DNA of 64,000 nucleotides, from NCBI RefSeq assembly GCF_032444005.1, contig NC_091284.1, positions 826,522,001 to 826,586,000 on the forward strand, read 5' to 3'. Source of the DNA: Ranitomeya imitator (taxonomy: Eukaryota). Both the position numbers and the translations under genes were made by a program. The notes beneath the pieces are model-generated. The model had not been told where the DNA came from and made no database searches. It saw nothing but the letters and a program-made list of their open reading frames with translations. Positions 12,295 through 27,000 of this stretch are shown here, piece after piece; positions within the stretch are counted from its first letter, which is position 1; every line of letters begins with the position of its first letter.

Positions 12295-14107
12295 TACTTA
12301 GTTTAAAATCCAATAAAATATTAAATTGTAAGAAGAGGGAGAGAAAATTTCAGAGGGGAGTGAAGCCCAAGCACAAGGAATAATAAATAAATTAACATCC
12401 AGTTAAATCCACCTATGATGGAATTTACCAAAAAGTTACTGTGATAGATGAGGCCGGCCAGTGGGCCATTGCTGTAATATCCAAGGAGGTATAGTGTTTA
12501 AATATATGGTATGTGAGTTAGATCGATGTAAGGAGATATATATATATATATGTCTCTAAAGGTAATTATTCTCCTGAAATGGTTATAAAAAGTGGTGCAT
12601 TATAATATATATTCATGTGAAGGAGAATATGCACATGCACCATACAAATGCGACTAATAACTGTTCATAGTCATGTTGCTAATTAAGGTGCACAAATAAA
12701 TATACTATATAAGGTAAGGTAGTATCCAATAAAGTGCTCCTGCAGAGACCATAGTAAATAAATCCACAATGTGGGTAATAGTAAAGTTCTCGTGCAGAAA
12801 CTGTAAGAAGTAAATCCACAGTATAGGTATTAAAGCCAGATTTCTGTAAGAGAATGCAGCATGAAATAGTCAAAGATATAGAAATGATGTATGAATAATG
12901 ATGTGTTTGCTGAGGTTGGCAAAATAGCCCCGGCGCGCGTTTCGCACTCGCTTCTTCATGGGGGGTGCTGCAGTCTTTAAATAAGGGTATCACTGCTGTG
13001 AAGTGGTTTTGATGGAGCTAGATGTGGTCAGACTCGAGCCGGAAACATCGGCGCCAGCGTCCCACGTCATCAATCCCCACTCTCCTCTGATGTGTCAGAG
13101 AATAAGAAGGAAGTGACAAAGTAACTGAGGTAAAAAATAGGGTTCAACCAGGATTAGAGAAACGTCTGTGCTGCCGCTGTATTTGGTGGGCTTGAGCCTG
13201 TGGACAGGAGTGTTTGTTTTTGTTTTGTTTTTTGTAGTGGTGGAAGAGGTTGTAGAAAGCAGCCATGTTTTTTTTTTTAATTCTGGGACCCCCATCCCAT
13301 ACTCCTCAACTACTAGGACAACTAGAAAGCCTAAATAATATGAGCAAGTGTATATCAATCACACAAAACCAAAGAAGAGAAAAAAAAAACTTTTAATCAT
13401 AGCAGTTTAAAAACACAATGTATAAAAGAATGGTGATACCAAATGTATATATAATGCCAGGTCGGTATGGTCTATAGGAAATAACCTAAGGGGATAGGGA
13501 AGAGTCTTACCCTTGAGTGCCCGCCCTGGCAGCGGAGGTTGGCACTGTCGATGTGGCGCCCCTCTCTGCGTAGGCTGTCCTTACCTGACCCGCAAACAAC
13601 CTCCCTAATAACTCACCTTCCGTGCTGCCACTGTTCCCGCGGTGTCGGCACTCGTGGTCCCAAAGCTCTCGTGCGATGCTGTCACACGTGCCCGGCGCTC
13701 AGTCAGTAGTGGACAACCCCTTTAAGCTTTTCTTACAAAGACTGTGAGTCGGAACCTCGGCACAGGAGCAGCACTTCTCCAGGACGGTGTCCTCGTTGGA
13801 GCGGCACATTGCAGACCCTCATATATTAATTTTCTGGAGCGAATATGGTTTATCGTTTCCATTTCCAAGCTTCTCGTCCAAGGCGGTGATCATCAGGAAC
13901 AAACCAAGAGTCTGGTGTGACGATAACGGAGATTCGGCCACAGAGATGAAAACCGCCGGCGTCCTTTGTTTCTTTCCGTTTGTACATATTTGCCTTATTT
14001 ATCATTAAATGTAGGATACGCAGGACGGTACGTTCTGTAGTCACTGTATCGCTGTCACATTTTACTTTCCCACCTTCATCAATGTGTTTTTTTTTTTAAT
14101 ATGTTAA

Positions 14108-14535
14108 AGGGGTTGTCCATTTGATCGTGGGTGGGTCCGGCCTCTGAGACCTGCACTGATCTGCAGAACTGGGCGCCTTCCTTCCCATTACAATGGAGTG
14201 ACAGTGCGACCTGCGCGCCATTCATTCCCCGTGGGGCTCGGCCTTTTTCGGCAGCCCCATAGAGAAAGAACGGAGCGGCTGTTAGACGTCCGACCCATCC
14301 AAAAGTTCCTCATTCTGCAGATCCCAGCTGTCCCGATCTTTACCCATCACCAGGTAGTAGTCCATTACTGTTAGAAAATGACCACTGCAGCCAATCAGTA
14401 GCTGCTGGTCGGCTACATTGGACACCTGACCAATCCCAGCCAGAAGATGATGCCAGGAAGCTCCAGCAAAACCCCGAAGGGTTCAGTGGTTTTATTTTTT
14501 TTAAAGTTGGCTCCGCCAAATAGTGGAAATTCCCT
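14108..14535. mobile_element. Kolobok/T2-type MITE (possibly composite)
   Basis: TTAA|AGGGGTTGTCC ... GGAAATTCCCT|TTAA. Confidence 0.5.
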
Positions 14536-15942
14536 TTAATTCTATTCCGCTAAAAAAAAAAAATTGCCTAAATTGAAATTGCAGGCCCAAAGCCTGAGGC
14601 TGCACCACTGAGATATTAAAGGCTCATTCAGATGTTCAAATGTGGACACATTATAGTCTACGGGGCTGTTCAGATGTCTGTGTTTTTGGGGAGTTTTTTC
14701 AGATCGAGTGTCCGCAAAAAAAAAAAAAAATCACAGATACGTCCAATCCCAGTCAGGGACCAAAATCTCCCACACAAATCTATGGGTCCGTAAAAATCTT
14801 ACAATGCACACGGACCGGAGATTGTGACTGTTGTCCGTTTGTAACCGAAATTGGGAAGAGCGTTGCAATTTTTCTATTTTTTGGGAGGATAAATCTGATC
14901 CAGAGCATTAATTAAAACCAGTCCATATTTTACACACATTGCAAAAGAACAGATGTCTGTAGCTACTGATGGAAATGTTTCAGAATTTACTGCTTCCATT
15001 GGTGATGCTACTAATCTGAACAGAATCAGTCTCCTTCCCCCTCTGGCAGCTGACAATTCAGTCCCTTCTTACTTGCCCTGTAGAAGGCATAGTCTCAGCT
15101 GCACACCATGTATTACAAAGACTCTGCTCCTTCCCTGACAAGTCAGAACGCTATAACGGCAGCCCGGGAGTGAGCATAGGGTCACTGTACACAGATCTGG
15201 CTGTGGGGAGGGTGATTGGATCATGTGCGACCAACAAAATTCTGTGAATCTGATATACCAGTGGCGATCCTTATCTCTTAGCCAGAATAGAGAGCATTTA
15301 GAGAGTCTCTCTGGAGAACTCTTCCGATCTTGCCTTACACGCGTTGATATGAATGAATACTGGGTAATACTTCATTTCTCCTGTGGGGGCAGTGTAGGGA
15401 AATCAAACACTTGGGTTTCCCAGGTAATCTCTGTAGATCTCAGCAGGAGGAAACTTTGTGATCATCTTATTGGCATGGGACCTTTCTAACAAGTAGAGAT
15501 TGTCCATGGTGGAGAACGCCTTTATATGAAGCAGAAGTGCTTTACGGTAAATAATAATACTAGATCATTGTGGAACTAATTTATTCATGATTGATACTCT
15601 AGTCACACCCAGAGCTGCAGATTCTAAAATATATATATATATATATATTTTTTTTTTTTTATTATAGACTGGGACCAAAATGTGGCCCTGTCGGTCCCTG
15701 GCCATCCAGCGCCCCCATTAGACATTGGTAAGACCATAATAACCGGTGCACTAGAGCTTCTCTTACACGGTACAATTCATAGCCAAAAGTATGTGCCCCC
15801 CGGGGGTTGAGAACCAAGCCCTATGCTCACCATAGTCCAAACATGGACCCTGGTCGTGGGGGGTTAGTGGTTATGACCTTAATGTAGGGCAGCATCTCCC
15901 AGTTAATCAGGTTCATTGAAGGAGCTGACTGGTTAGCAGTAA

Positions 15943-18202
15943 GGCCGCCGTCACACTAGCGAGTTTTACGGACGTAAGAGCGCAGAAAATACGTCCGTAA
16001 AACTCGCAAAACAAACGGCACAATGCTTCTCTATGCCCCTGCTCCTATCTGCCGTATTTTACTGATCAGTATTATACGGCTTTCTACAGCCGTAGAAAAT
16101 CGCAGCAGGCTGCGTTTGTCACCGTATTGCGCAAAAAAACCGCCAATGAAAGTCTATGGAAGCCCCAAAAATACGGATTACACACAGACCAGCAGTGTGA
16201 CTTGCGAGAAATACGCAGCGAAGTTAGAGAGAAAAGCCGGTAATTCAGTGCGGTGTACAGTAAAATCACACTGACAGCTTCCAGTAGAATAGGTAGAATA
16301 AATATGTACACATAGAATAGGTATATATATATATATATATATGTCAGTGAGACACATATATGTATATACTTACTTCATACAGCGCTAGACAGCTTTAAAG
16401 CCGGTAATTCAATTACCGGCTTTTGCTATCTCCTTCCTAAACCCGACATGATATGAGACCTGATTTACATACAGTAAACCATCTCATATCACCATTTTTT
16501 TTGCATATTCCACACTACTAATGTTAGTAGTGTGTATGTGCAAAATTTGGCAGTTCTAGCTATTAAAGGGTTAAATGGCAGAAAAAATTGGCGTGGGCTC
16601 CCGCACAATTTTCTCTGCCAGAGTAGTAAAGCCAGTGACTGAGGGCAAATATTAATAGCCTGGAGAGGGTCCATGGTTATTGCCCCCCCCCCCCCCCCCC
16701 GGCTAACAACACCTGCCCCCAGCCACCCCAGAAAAGGCACATCTGGAAGATGCGCCTATTCTGGCACTTGGCCACTCTCTTCCCATTCCCGTGTAGCGGT
16801 GGGATATGGGGTAATGAAGGGTTAATGCCACCTTGCTATTGTAAGGTGACATTAAGCCAAATTAATAATGGAGAGGCGTCAATTATGACACCTATCCATT
16901 ATTAATCCAATACTAGTAAAGGGTTAAAAAAAACAACCACATTCGTAAAAATTATTTTAATGAAATAAAAACAAAGGTTGTTGTAATATTTTATTCTACG
17001 CTCAATCCTTCTGAAGACCCTCGCTCTGTAACAAAAAAATAAAATAAACCAACAATATCCATACCTTCCACAGATCTGTAACGTCCAACGATGTAAATCC
17101 ATCTGAAGGGGTTAAAATATTTTGCAGCCATGAGCTTTGCTAATGCAGCTGCTCCTTGCTGCAATACCCCGGAGAACGAAGGTAAAGTAGGTCAATGACC
17201 TATATTTACATTCATTTGCGGTGAGGCGCCCTCTGCTGGCTGTTCCTAGATCGTGGGAACTTTCCTAGAAAGCTCCCAGGCTCGAGTTCATATGAGGACA
17301 ACCAGCAGAGGGCGCCTCACCGCAAATGAAGGTAAATATAGGTCATTGACCTACTTTACCTTCATTCTCCAGGATTTTGCAGCAAGGAGCAGCGCTGCAT
17401 TAGCAGAGCTCCTTGCTGCAAAATATTTTAACTCCTTCAGATGGATTTACATCGTTGGACGTTACAGATCTGCGGAAGGTAAGGATATTGTTGGTTTATT
17501 TTTATTTTTTGTTACACATCGAGGGTCTTCAGTGATTGGATTGAGCGTAGAATAAAATATTACAACAACCTTTGTTTTTATTTCATTAAAATAATTTTTA
17601 CGAATGTGGTTGTGTTTTTTTTAACCCTTTACTAGTATTGGATTAATAATGGATAGGTGTCATAATTGACGCCTCTCCATTATTAATTTGGCTTAATGTC
17701 ACCTTACAATAGCAAGGTGGCATTAACCCTAAATTACCCAATATCCCACCGCTACACAGGAATGGGAAGAGAGTGGCCAAGTGCCAGAATAGGTGCATCT
17801 TCCAGATGTGCCTTTTCTGGGGTGGCTGGGGGCAGATGTTTTTAGCCAGGGGGGGCCAATAACCGTGGACCCTCTCCAGGCTATTAATATCTGCCCTCAG
17901 TCACTGGCTTTACTACTCTGGTGGAGAAAATTGCACGGGAGCCCATGCCAATTTTTTCCGCCATTTAACCCTTTAATTTAATAGCTAGAACGGCCAAATT
18001 TTGCATATACACACTACTAACATTAGTAGTGTGGAATATGCAAAAAAAAAATGGTGATATGAGATGGTTTACTGTATGTAATCATGTCTCATATCATGTC
18101 GGGTTTAGGAAGGAGATAGCAAAAGCCGGCAATTGAATTACCGGCTTTAAAGCTATCTAGCGCTGTATGAAGTAATAATATATATACATATATGTGTCTA
18201 CT

Positions 18203-18240
<38 letters not shown>

Positions 18241-18498
18241 TATATTAGACAGTATATATGTTTTTTGTTTTTTTTAACACATGGATCCCTTGTATAGCCG
18301 TATGTTGGTTTGGCAAGCCTGCGCTAAAAACACGCAGTACGGCTGCCATACGGATTACATACGGAGGATGCCATGCGCAAAAAACGCTGACACACCCTGC
18401 CTACGGAGGAGCTACGGACCACTATTTTGGGGACTTTTCAGCGTATTACGGCCGTAATATACAGACCGTATTGTCTTACACTGAGTGTGACTCCAGCC
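15943..18498. mobile_element. Non-autonomous PIF/Harbinger element carrying a ~1.9-kb internal palindrome
   Basis: TAA|GGCCGCCGTCACACT ... AGTGTGACTCCAGCC|TAA (3-bp TAA target duplication). Arms ~16320-17248 and ~17300-18245 are reverse complements. Confidence 0.85.
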
Positions 18499-19299
18499 TA
18501 AGGGTTTACTCACACGACCATAGACTGGAGCTGCCAAACCGAAGCCCGAGATCATTATACTCAATGCCAGGTGGCAGCTGGACAGCGGTAAAGCTCCCAG
18601 TACTGGATCATGGAGCAGTGGAGGATGGGAGACGGCACAGTGATTCCACGCTGTAGGGTCTGGAGGATGAGGAGTAATGGTCAGGTGTCCTCCACACTGT
18701 TGAGCACCCCCCAAAATCAACGTGGAAAGGCGATAACGATCTCGCCAATTATCCCGGCAGCCATGTTCCAAAATAAGGAAAAATATTCCCAGTGGACTAG
18801 GGGCAGTTCTATCAGCAAAATGGATCCTACGCCTTAAAGGGTTATTCCGAGACCAGTGATGTCATGTCTACAAGTACCCGCAGATCATGTGTGGTCACCG
18901 GCGCCACTCACCGCCCAATGTGGAAGTGCATGGCACTGGGAATAAGTCTTTTAATAAGATGTTTAGGGGTTCACTTACTTTTGGTCATACAGTGCAGATC
19001 AAACTTTTCAGTTACATTCGTCTATGTAATGGGAGAGCGGTCAGGAGATACTGGTGAGGAATGGTCCATGAACTCGGGTCACCACACAGCACTACACCGC
19101 GTGCAGAATTATTAAGAGCTTCTCCTTTATCCATCTCTGATAAGTCTGTTCCCAGTCTACAGAGGACGCAGCTCCTGAGATTGTCAGATATCGGGGCGAT
19201 CCCAGAAACAGCAAAAGGTTTGTTGCGAATAATCGTCAAGTGACCTGGAAGCCATTAACCTCAAGAGCTGTCATTCCAGAGCTGCAGCCTCCCCAGAGG

Positions 19300-22162
19300 C
19301 CAGAAGGACAAAGTGTGCAAGTATCACCACTGAAGAAGACTGTCGGGCTCACCAGGTTAGGTAGATCCTCTAAGCCTTAGGTCCGGGTGGACACATGGAC
19401 CCTGGGCATTAATCAAACAAACAGGAAGGCACGTGAACAAGGACTTGGCACACACAGGAATCTCAGGAGCAGTAGGATGGAGGATGTTGAACCCATCAGG
19501 CATGACAGCAAGCACAAACAAAAAGCAAAGATGGTGGAGCACATCATACATAGGACTAGAGCCGAAATCCCAAGACAGGTGTGTGTCTAAATGGGCCTTA
19601 AAATAGGTCTATGGAGATATTATTGATGCACTCCGGGCAACTTGCAAAACCAGACGTGGAGCACAGCAGAGGGCGACGGACCCAGGAGAAGGAAGTGGAG
19701 TCAGAGATAGCCGGGACACGTGTGTAACAATACCCAGTAGGGACCCTCCCAGATAGCAAAAAGGATGCTTAGTATGGAATCTCTTGAGCAAGATTGGAGC
19801 ATCCAAGTCCTTTTTAGGCACCCAGCATTTCTCCTCAAGAGCACGAGTCATTTCACAGTACAGAACTTGCTTAATTTCATACTTTGACAGTAGATCAGAA
19901 GCAGGAATTGTTTTGACTGTAGAAGAGGACCTGTTGAAGGCCAGAAGAGTTGTGAAACAAACATAGTAACATAGTAACATAGTAACATAGTTAGTAAGGC
20001 CGAAAAAAGACATTTGTCCATCCAGTTCAGCCTATATTCCATCATAATAAATACCCAGATCTACGTCCTTCTACAGAACCTAATAATTGTATGATACAAT
20101 ATTGTTCTGCTCCAGGAAGACATCCAGGCCTCTCTTGAACCCCTCGACTGAGTTCGCCATCACCACCTCCTCAGGCAAGCAATTCCAGATTCTCACTGCC
20201 CTAACAGTAAAGAATCCTCTTCTATGTTGGTGGAAAAACCTTCTCTCCTCCAGACGCAAAGAATGCCCCCTTGTGCCCGTCACCTTCCTTGGTATAAACA
20301 GATCCTCAGCGAGATATTTGTATTGTCCCCTTATATACTTATATAAGAGGGAAACAAAGAGGAAGGATAAATTCAGGTATAGTCACATCTTCCCTGCAGT
20401 TCTTTTTGACCCCATGTTTGGAGAAGACATCTGCAAGTCCTGGTAGGAGGCAGGAACATTAGAGGCCGAGGATGCAGAGCTTCTGAGAAGGTGGTTGAGG
20501 TGGAATTTGGAAGCAGTTATGACAAGATGATCCCCACTGGGTGATCTGGTCGGACGACTAGTCAATGTCCAGAGCGAGTAGCCGCAGACACAGAAGTCCC
20601 AAAAGCACCGCTGCATCAGGAAGAGGCAAAACTTGAAAAGAAATATCCTCTACGTGTAGTGCACCAAACTGGAGAGTTACCTTCACTGTCTGGGACTGGA
20701 TACGACCACCAGGACTTGCTGAGGGATTCATGGAGGTTAGCTTCAGGCATCTCTGCAAAGAAACTAAAGGAATTTTCAGCCTTTTGGCCATAAAACTCTC
20801 TGCTGCGCCAGAATAAGTGCCTGTCCCGTGAACACGGAGGAACTGTAGGACACGGTGATAGGCAGGAGTAACTTATCTTTATTGGAAGAAAGCGTTAATC
20901 CTAGGGCTCTACAACCCGCTATGCCCAGATGCTGAAGTTTCCGTTTGGCCTTCAGTTTGGAACAATTTGTGCAAAAATTATCCCCAATACAAGCAAAGTC
21001 AACTAGTAAGGCGACGGGATCTTTCAGCTGGAGATCTATTCTGGCCGATATCCATGGGTTCCAGTTCAGCCATTCTGGGAGGAGAATTTGAAGACTTTTT
21101 GGATTGGGGACATAGGAATCAAGCGTTTTTTCCTTAGACCACTCTTTAAATTGTGAGTCCACTCGGGAGGCAGAGGAAATCAAGTCATCGAGAGACGACA
21201 GCCAGGATAGCGTCATTGTTCCAGGTCAGTTCAGCAGACAGAGTGCACAACTGGATGGTATAATGTCTCACAGAGCGAGTCCCTTGTCCTGCCGCAGTAT
21301 GGAGAGAGGACAACACTCAGGTCATCAAAAGTTTTAGAGAAGGCAGCCAGGAAAGATTCAGAATACCTCATATGGTCAACACGCTCCCACAATCACAGCG
21401 TCCCCAGACAGCAAAGAAAAAAAATATATGCCACTTTGGAATAGTCAGGAAAAAACTGGTGAAGACAAAACTCAATGTGTACAGGGTATCAATTCACAAA
21501 ACCGATCTTGTGATCTTAAGATCACAATTAAAACGTGCAGGAGTGGGCAAATGGGGAGATGTCACCAAGGCTGAGTGGAGCAGACATTAGGCTGTGGCAG
21601 GTGTTCACGAGCTGGTTGACAAAGTGCAGGAATCTGGGACAATGCGTCCACAAGAGCTGCGAGATCCTGCACAATTTTGACAAGGTCCTACTGACTCCCA
21701 GAAAGTTGCATCACCAGTCCAGACAGATCGTCCGTATCCCAAGGCAATGGTGTAGCTGCTGGACCTTTTGGGATCCATGTTCTTGGAATTCTGTGAGGGC
21801 TCACCAGCTAAGGTGGATTCGCTTCTCTTCTCCGGGTGGGCACATGGACCCCAACTGTTGGTGCAGCTTCCAGAGGACACGTGGAATTGTGGGGACTAGG
21901 ACTAACTGGAAACCTAGGAGCAGATGGACAGATGGAGGGGAACCAAGCGGGAATGGATGCAAGCTGTAACACCGTAGTATTGATGTCAAACAAGGAAAGT
22001 AGAGTCATTATCCCAAGACACAGGTGCATGTATATTGGCCTTAGATAGATCTAGGGAGACAGTGATCCACCCCGTGCAACTTGCAAAACACGAGGTGGAG
22101 CACAACAGAAGGCAGTGGACCCAGTGGAAGGAAACAGAGCCTGGGATACCAGGTATGTAACA
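19300..22162 (-). mobile_element. Old, internally deleted Gypsy-type LTR element remnant
   Basis: Two diverged LTR-like ends finishing in TGTAACA (19729 and 22162; 19570-19729 resembles 22010-22162). Decayed gag/protease-like fragments on - (20558-20791, 20776-21216). Confidence 0.55.
19960..20342 (-). mobile_element. 5'-truncated CR1-type LINE 3' end
   Basis: TRGHSLRLEERRF..RRGFFTVRAVRIWNCLPEEVV..FKRGLD (CR1 ORF2 C-terminus) followed by a (GTTACTAT)n tail. Confidence 0.9.
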
Positions 22163-22279
22163 AAGTCACAATATCTGAAGACGGATTGTTAAAAGGACTG
22201 ATGAGATGACTCTGGATGGAGCAGATCGATGGATCGTGACTGGATTAGTCCTGGGCACAGGCCTCCACATCCCCTCAGA

Positions 22280-22738
22280 TGCCAGCAAGGTGGAGGTGGG
22301 AACTGCTATGGGCCGGAGTTATTACAGATGAGCTCATTGGATCTTTTCAGGTTGAAGCCGGACTCAAAATCACCTTGCACACCTCCTGTTGGTGTATAGA
22401 AGACACTTTCTTCCAGCAGTGGAGCAGGAAAAAGTCTGTAGCTTTCCAGAAAATTAGGATTGTTCTGCAGGACAAGGCTCCATCGCAGCATCAAACTCTC
22501 CACTGCTCGGAGCCAGGAAAGGCCATAACGATGAAGAATAATAACCCAGATCCATCCTCACCGGACTTTAACCCTAGTGAAAACTCCTGGTACTTCTTAC
22601 ACGGGAGATTTATGGTGAAGGAGGACAGTCTCCTCTCTGATCAATGTCTGTGGCTGTGGTTGGTGCGGCCCAAAAAATGTGGAACCTGACAGACTCCATG
22701 GATGGAGCTTATGGCTGTTATTGAGAAGGGCAACCATA
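22280..22738 (+). mobile_element. Decayed Tc1-family transposase remnant
   Basis: LQDKAPSQH...PSSPDFNPSENSW resembles the DD34E motifs QDNAPxH and SPDLNPIENxW. Confidence 0.65.
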
Positions 22739-23259
22739 TCTATAATATAACGCTGAGAGCGTCACTCTGTCCGAAGCCTTTATAGACTGCGCAAGCACCG
22801 GCGCAGTCTGGACCCCACAGAGTGACGCTCCCAGGAGATCGCGGTATGCGTAAACACTGAACGCACACCGCGATCTCCACCGGATAGCAGGGACCGCCAG
22901 GAGGGTAAGTATATTCACCTGTCCCCCGTTCCAGCACTGCGTGCGGCTCCATTTCCCGGGTCCTCTGCTGTGACGTTCACAGTTCAGAGGGCGCGATGAC
23001 GCGCTTAATGCGTCGCCGGCGCCGCCCTCTGATTGAACAGTCACAGCCAGAGGAGCCGGAAGATGGCGGCGCGCAGCGGTGGAACGGGGCCAGACAGGAG
23101 AGTATAGCAAGTGCTGGGGGCCTGAGCTAGCGGTGATACCGGCACCTGACCCCCACAGCGCGCCGGTGTCCCCGCCTGCTCAGGCCCCCCAGCACTCGGC
23201 GCCCAGCGACCATAGGTGAGTATGGTATTTTTTTGTTTTTTTATATATGGCAGCAGCAT

Positions 23260-24001
23260 ATGGGGCATACACTATGGAGCATCTTATGGGGGGCATATAA
23301 CACTATGGAGCATCTTATGGGGGGCATATACTATGGAGCATCTTATGGAGGCCATATAATACAATGGAGCATCTTATGGGGGGCATATAATACAATGGAG
23401 CATCTTATGGGGCCATCAACCATAATGGAGCAGTGTACGGGGGCATATATTATGGAGCATCTTATGGGGGCCATAAACCTTTATGGCGTAGTGTATGGGG
23501 GGCATACACACTGGAGCGTCTTATGGGGGCCATAAACCTTTATGGAGCAGTGTACGGGGGCATACACACTGGAGCGTCTTGTGGGGGCCATAAACCTTTA
23601 TGGAGCAGTGTACGGAGGCATACACTATGGAGCATCTTATGGGGGCCATAAACCATAATGGAGCAGCTTATGGGGCATATGGATGGGAGAAGCAAATTAA
23701 AGAATGGTGGCGCAGGATGGGAGCAGCACATGACAGAACGGGGGCGCAGGATGGGAGCAGCACATGACAGAATAGGGCAGCACATGACAGAACGGGGGCG
23801 CAGGATGGGAGCAGCACATGACAGAACGGGCGCAGGATGGGGGCAGCACATGACAGAACGGGGGCACAGGATGGGAGCAGCACATGACAGGATGGGGGCG
23901 CAGGATGGGAGCAGCAAATGACAGAATGGAGGCGCAGGATGGGAGCAGCACATGTCAGAATGGAGGCGCAGGATGGGTGCAGCACATGTCACAATGGGGG
24001 C
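23260..24001. repeat. Helitron-internal minisatellites (GGAGCATCTTATGGGG-type, then ~30-bp GCAGCACATGACAGAATGGGGGCGCAGGATGGGA-type)
   Basis: Tandem units are visible directly; the second array resumes at 29823-30150 after the LTR insertion. Confidence 0.85.
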
Positions 24002-27000
24002 TGTTATGAAAGGTAATTCAGTACCACAATGGACATAGAGGTCAGCGCACATACAGTGACCTGGCAATAACCCAAAAAACAAGAACGAGCTCTGAGACGT
24101 GGGAACTCTGTTGACCGCAATCCCTAATCCTCTCCAACAACACTAAAGGCAGCCATGGATTGCGCCTAACGCTCCCTATGCAACTCGGCACGGCCTGAGA
24201 AACTAGCTAGCGTGAAGATAGAAAATAAGCCTACCTTGCCTCAGAGAAATACCCCAAAGGAAAAGGCAGCCCCCACATATAATGACTGTGAGTTAAGATG
24301 AAAAGACAAACGTAGAGATGAAATAGATTTAGCAAAGTGAGGCCCAACTTTCTGAACAGAGCGAGGATAGGAAAGGTAACTTTGCGGTCAACACAAAACC
24401 CTACAAAAACCACGCAAAGGGGGCAAAAAGACCCTCCGTACCGAACTAACAGCACGGAGGTACACCCTCTGCGTCCCAGAGCTTCCAGCAAGCAGTAAAA
24501 AACAAATTGACAAGCTGGACAGAAAAAAACAGCAAACAAATAGCAAAGAGGAACTTAGCTATGCAGAGCAGCAGGCCACAGGAACGATCCAGGAGGAAAC
24601 AGGTCCAATACTAGAACATTGACTGGAAGCCAGGATCAAAGCACTAGGTGGAGTTAAATAGAGAAGCACCTAACGACTTCACCACATCACCTGAGGAAGG
24701 AAACTCAGAAGCCGCAGTACCACTTTCCTCCACCAACGGAAGCTCACAGAGAGAACCAGCCGAAGTACCACTTGTGACCACAGGAGGGAGCTCTGCCACA
24801 GAATTCACAACAGTACCCCCCCCTTGAGGAGGGGTCACCGAACCCTCACCAGAGCTCCCAGGACGACCAGGATGAGCCATATGAAAGGCACGAACAAGAT
24901 CGGGAGCATGGACATCAGAGGCAAAGACCCAGGAATTTTCTTCCTGAGCATAACCCTTCCACTTAACCAGATACTGGAGTTTCCGCCTTGAAACACGAGA
25001 ATCCAAAATCTTCTCCACAATATACTCCAACTCCCCCTCCACCAAAACCGGGGCAGGAGGATCAAGAGATGTTACCATAGGTGCCACGTATCTCCGCAAC
25101 AATGACCTATGGAATACGTTATGTATGGAAAAAGAATCTGGAAGGGTCAGACGAAAAGACACAGGATTAAGAACCTCAGAAATCCTATACGGACCAATAA
25201 AACGAGGTTTAAACTTAGGAGAGGAAACCTTCATAGGAATATGACGAGAAGATAATCAAACCAAGTCCCCAACCCGAAGTCGGGGACCCACACAGCGTCT
25301 GCGATTAGCGAAACGTTGAGCCTTCTCCTGGGACAAAGTCAAATTGTCCACTACATGAGTCCAAATCTGCTGCAACCTGTCCACCACAGTATCCACACCA
25401 GGACAGTCCGAAGACTCAACCTGCCCTGAAGAGAAACGAGGATGGAACCCAGAGTTGCAGAAAAACGGTGAAACCAAGGTAGCCGAGCTGGCCCGATTAT
25501 TAAGGGCGAACTCAGCCAAAGGCAAAAAGGACACCCAGTCATCCTGATCAGCAGAAACAAAGCATCTCAGATATGTTTCCAAGGTCTGATTGGTTCGTTC
25601 GGTCTGGCCATTAGTCTGAGGATGGAAAGCCGAGGAAAAAGTCAAGTCAATGCCCATCCTACCACAAAAGGCTCGCCAAAACCTCGAAACAAACTGGGAA
25701 CCTCTGTCAGAAACGATATTCTCTGGAATGCCATGTAAACGAACCACATGCTGGAAAAACAATGGCACCAAATCAGAGGAGGAAGGCAATTTAGACAAGG
25801 GTACCAAATGGACCATCTTAGAGAAGCGATCACAGACCACCCAAATGACTTGACATCTTTTGAGAGACGGGAAGATCTGAAATATAATCCATAGAGATAT
25901 GTGTCCAAGGCCTCTTCGGGACCGGCAAGGGCAAAAGCAACCCACTGGCACGAGAACAGCAGGGCTTAGCCCGAGCACAAATCCCACAGGACTGCACAAA
26001 AGTACGCACATCCCGCGACAGAGATGGCCACCAAAAGGATCTAGCCACTAACTCTCTGGTACCAAAGATTCCAGGATGACCAGCCAACACCGAACAATGA
26101 ACCTCAGAGATAACTTTATTCGTCCACCTATCAGGGACAAACAGTTTCTCCGCTGGGCAACAATCAGGTTTATTAGCCTGAAATTTTTGCAGCACCCGCC
26201 GCAAATCAGGGGAGATGGCAGACACAATTACTCCCTCTTTGAGGATACCCGCCGGCTCAGATACACCCGGAGAGTCGGGCACAAAACTCCTAGACGGAGC
26301 ATCCGCCTTCACATTTTTAGAGCCCGGAAGGTATGAAATCACAAAGTCAAAACGGGCAAAAAACAACGACCAACGAGCTTGTCTAGGATTCAACTGCTTG
26401 GTGGACTCAAGATAAGTCAAGTTCTTATGATCAGTCAAGACCACCACGCGATGCTTAGCTCCTTCAAGCCAATGACGCCACTCCTCGAATGCCCACTTCA
26501 TGGCCAGCAACTCTCGATTGCCCACATCATAATTTCGCTCAGCAGGCGAAAACTTCCTGGAAAAGAAGGCGCATGGCTTCATCACCGAGCAATCAGAACT
26601 TCTCTGCGACAAAACAGCCCCTGCTCCAATCTCAGAAGCATCAACCTCGACCTGGAACGGAAGCGAAACATCTGGTTGACACAACACAGGGGCAGAAGAA
26701 AAACGACGCTTCAACTCTTGAAAAGCTTCCACCGCAGCAGAAGACCAATTGACCAAATCAGCACCTTTCTTGGTCAAATCGGTCAATGGTTTAGCAATAC
26801 TAGAAAAATTGCAGATGAAGCGACGATAAAAATTAGCAAAGCCCAGGAACTTTTGCAGACTCTTCAGAGTTGTCGGCTGAGTCCAATCATAGATGGCCTG
26901 GACCTTAACAGGGTCCATCTCGATAGTAGAAGGGGAAAAGATGAACCCCAAAAATGAAAACTTCTGAACACCAAAGAGACACTTTGATCCCTTCACAAAC

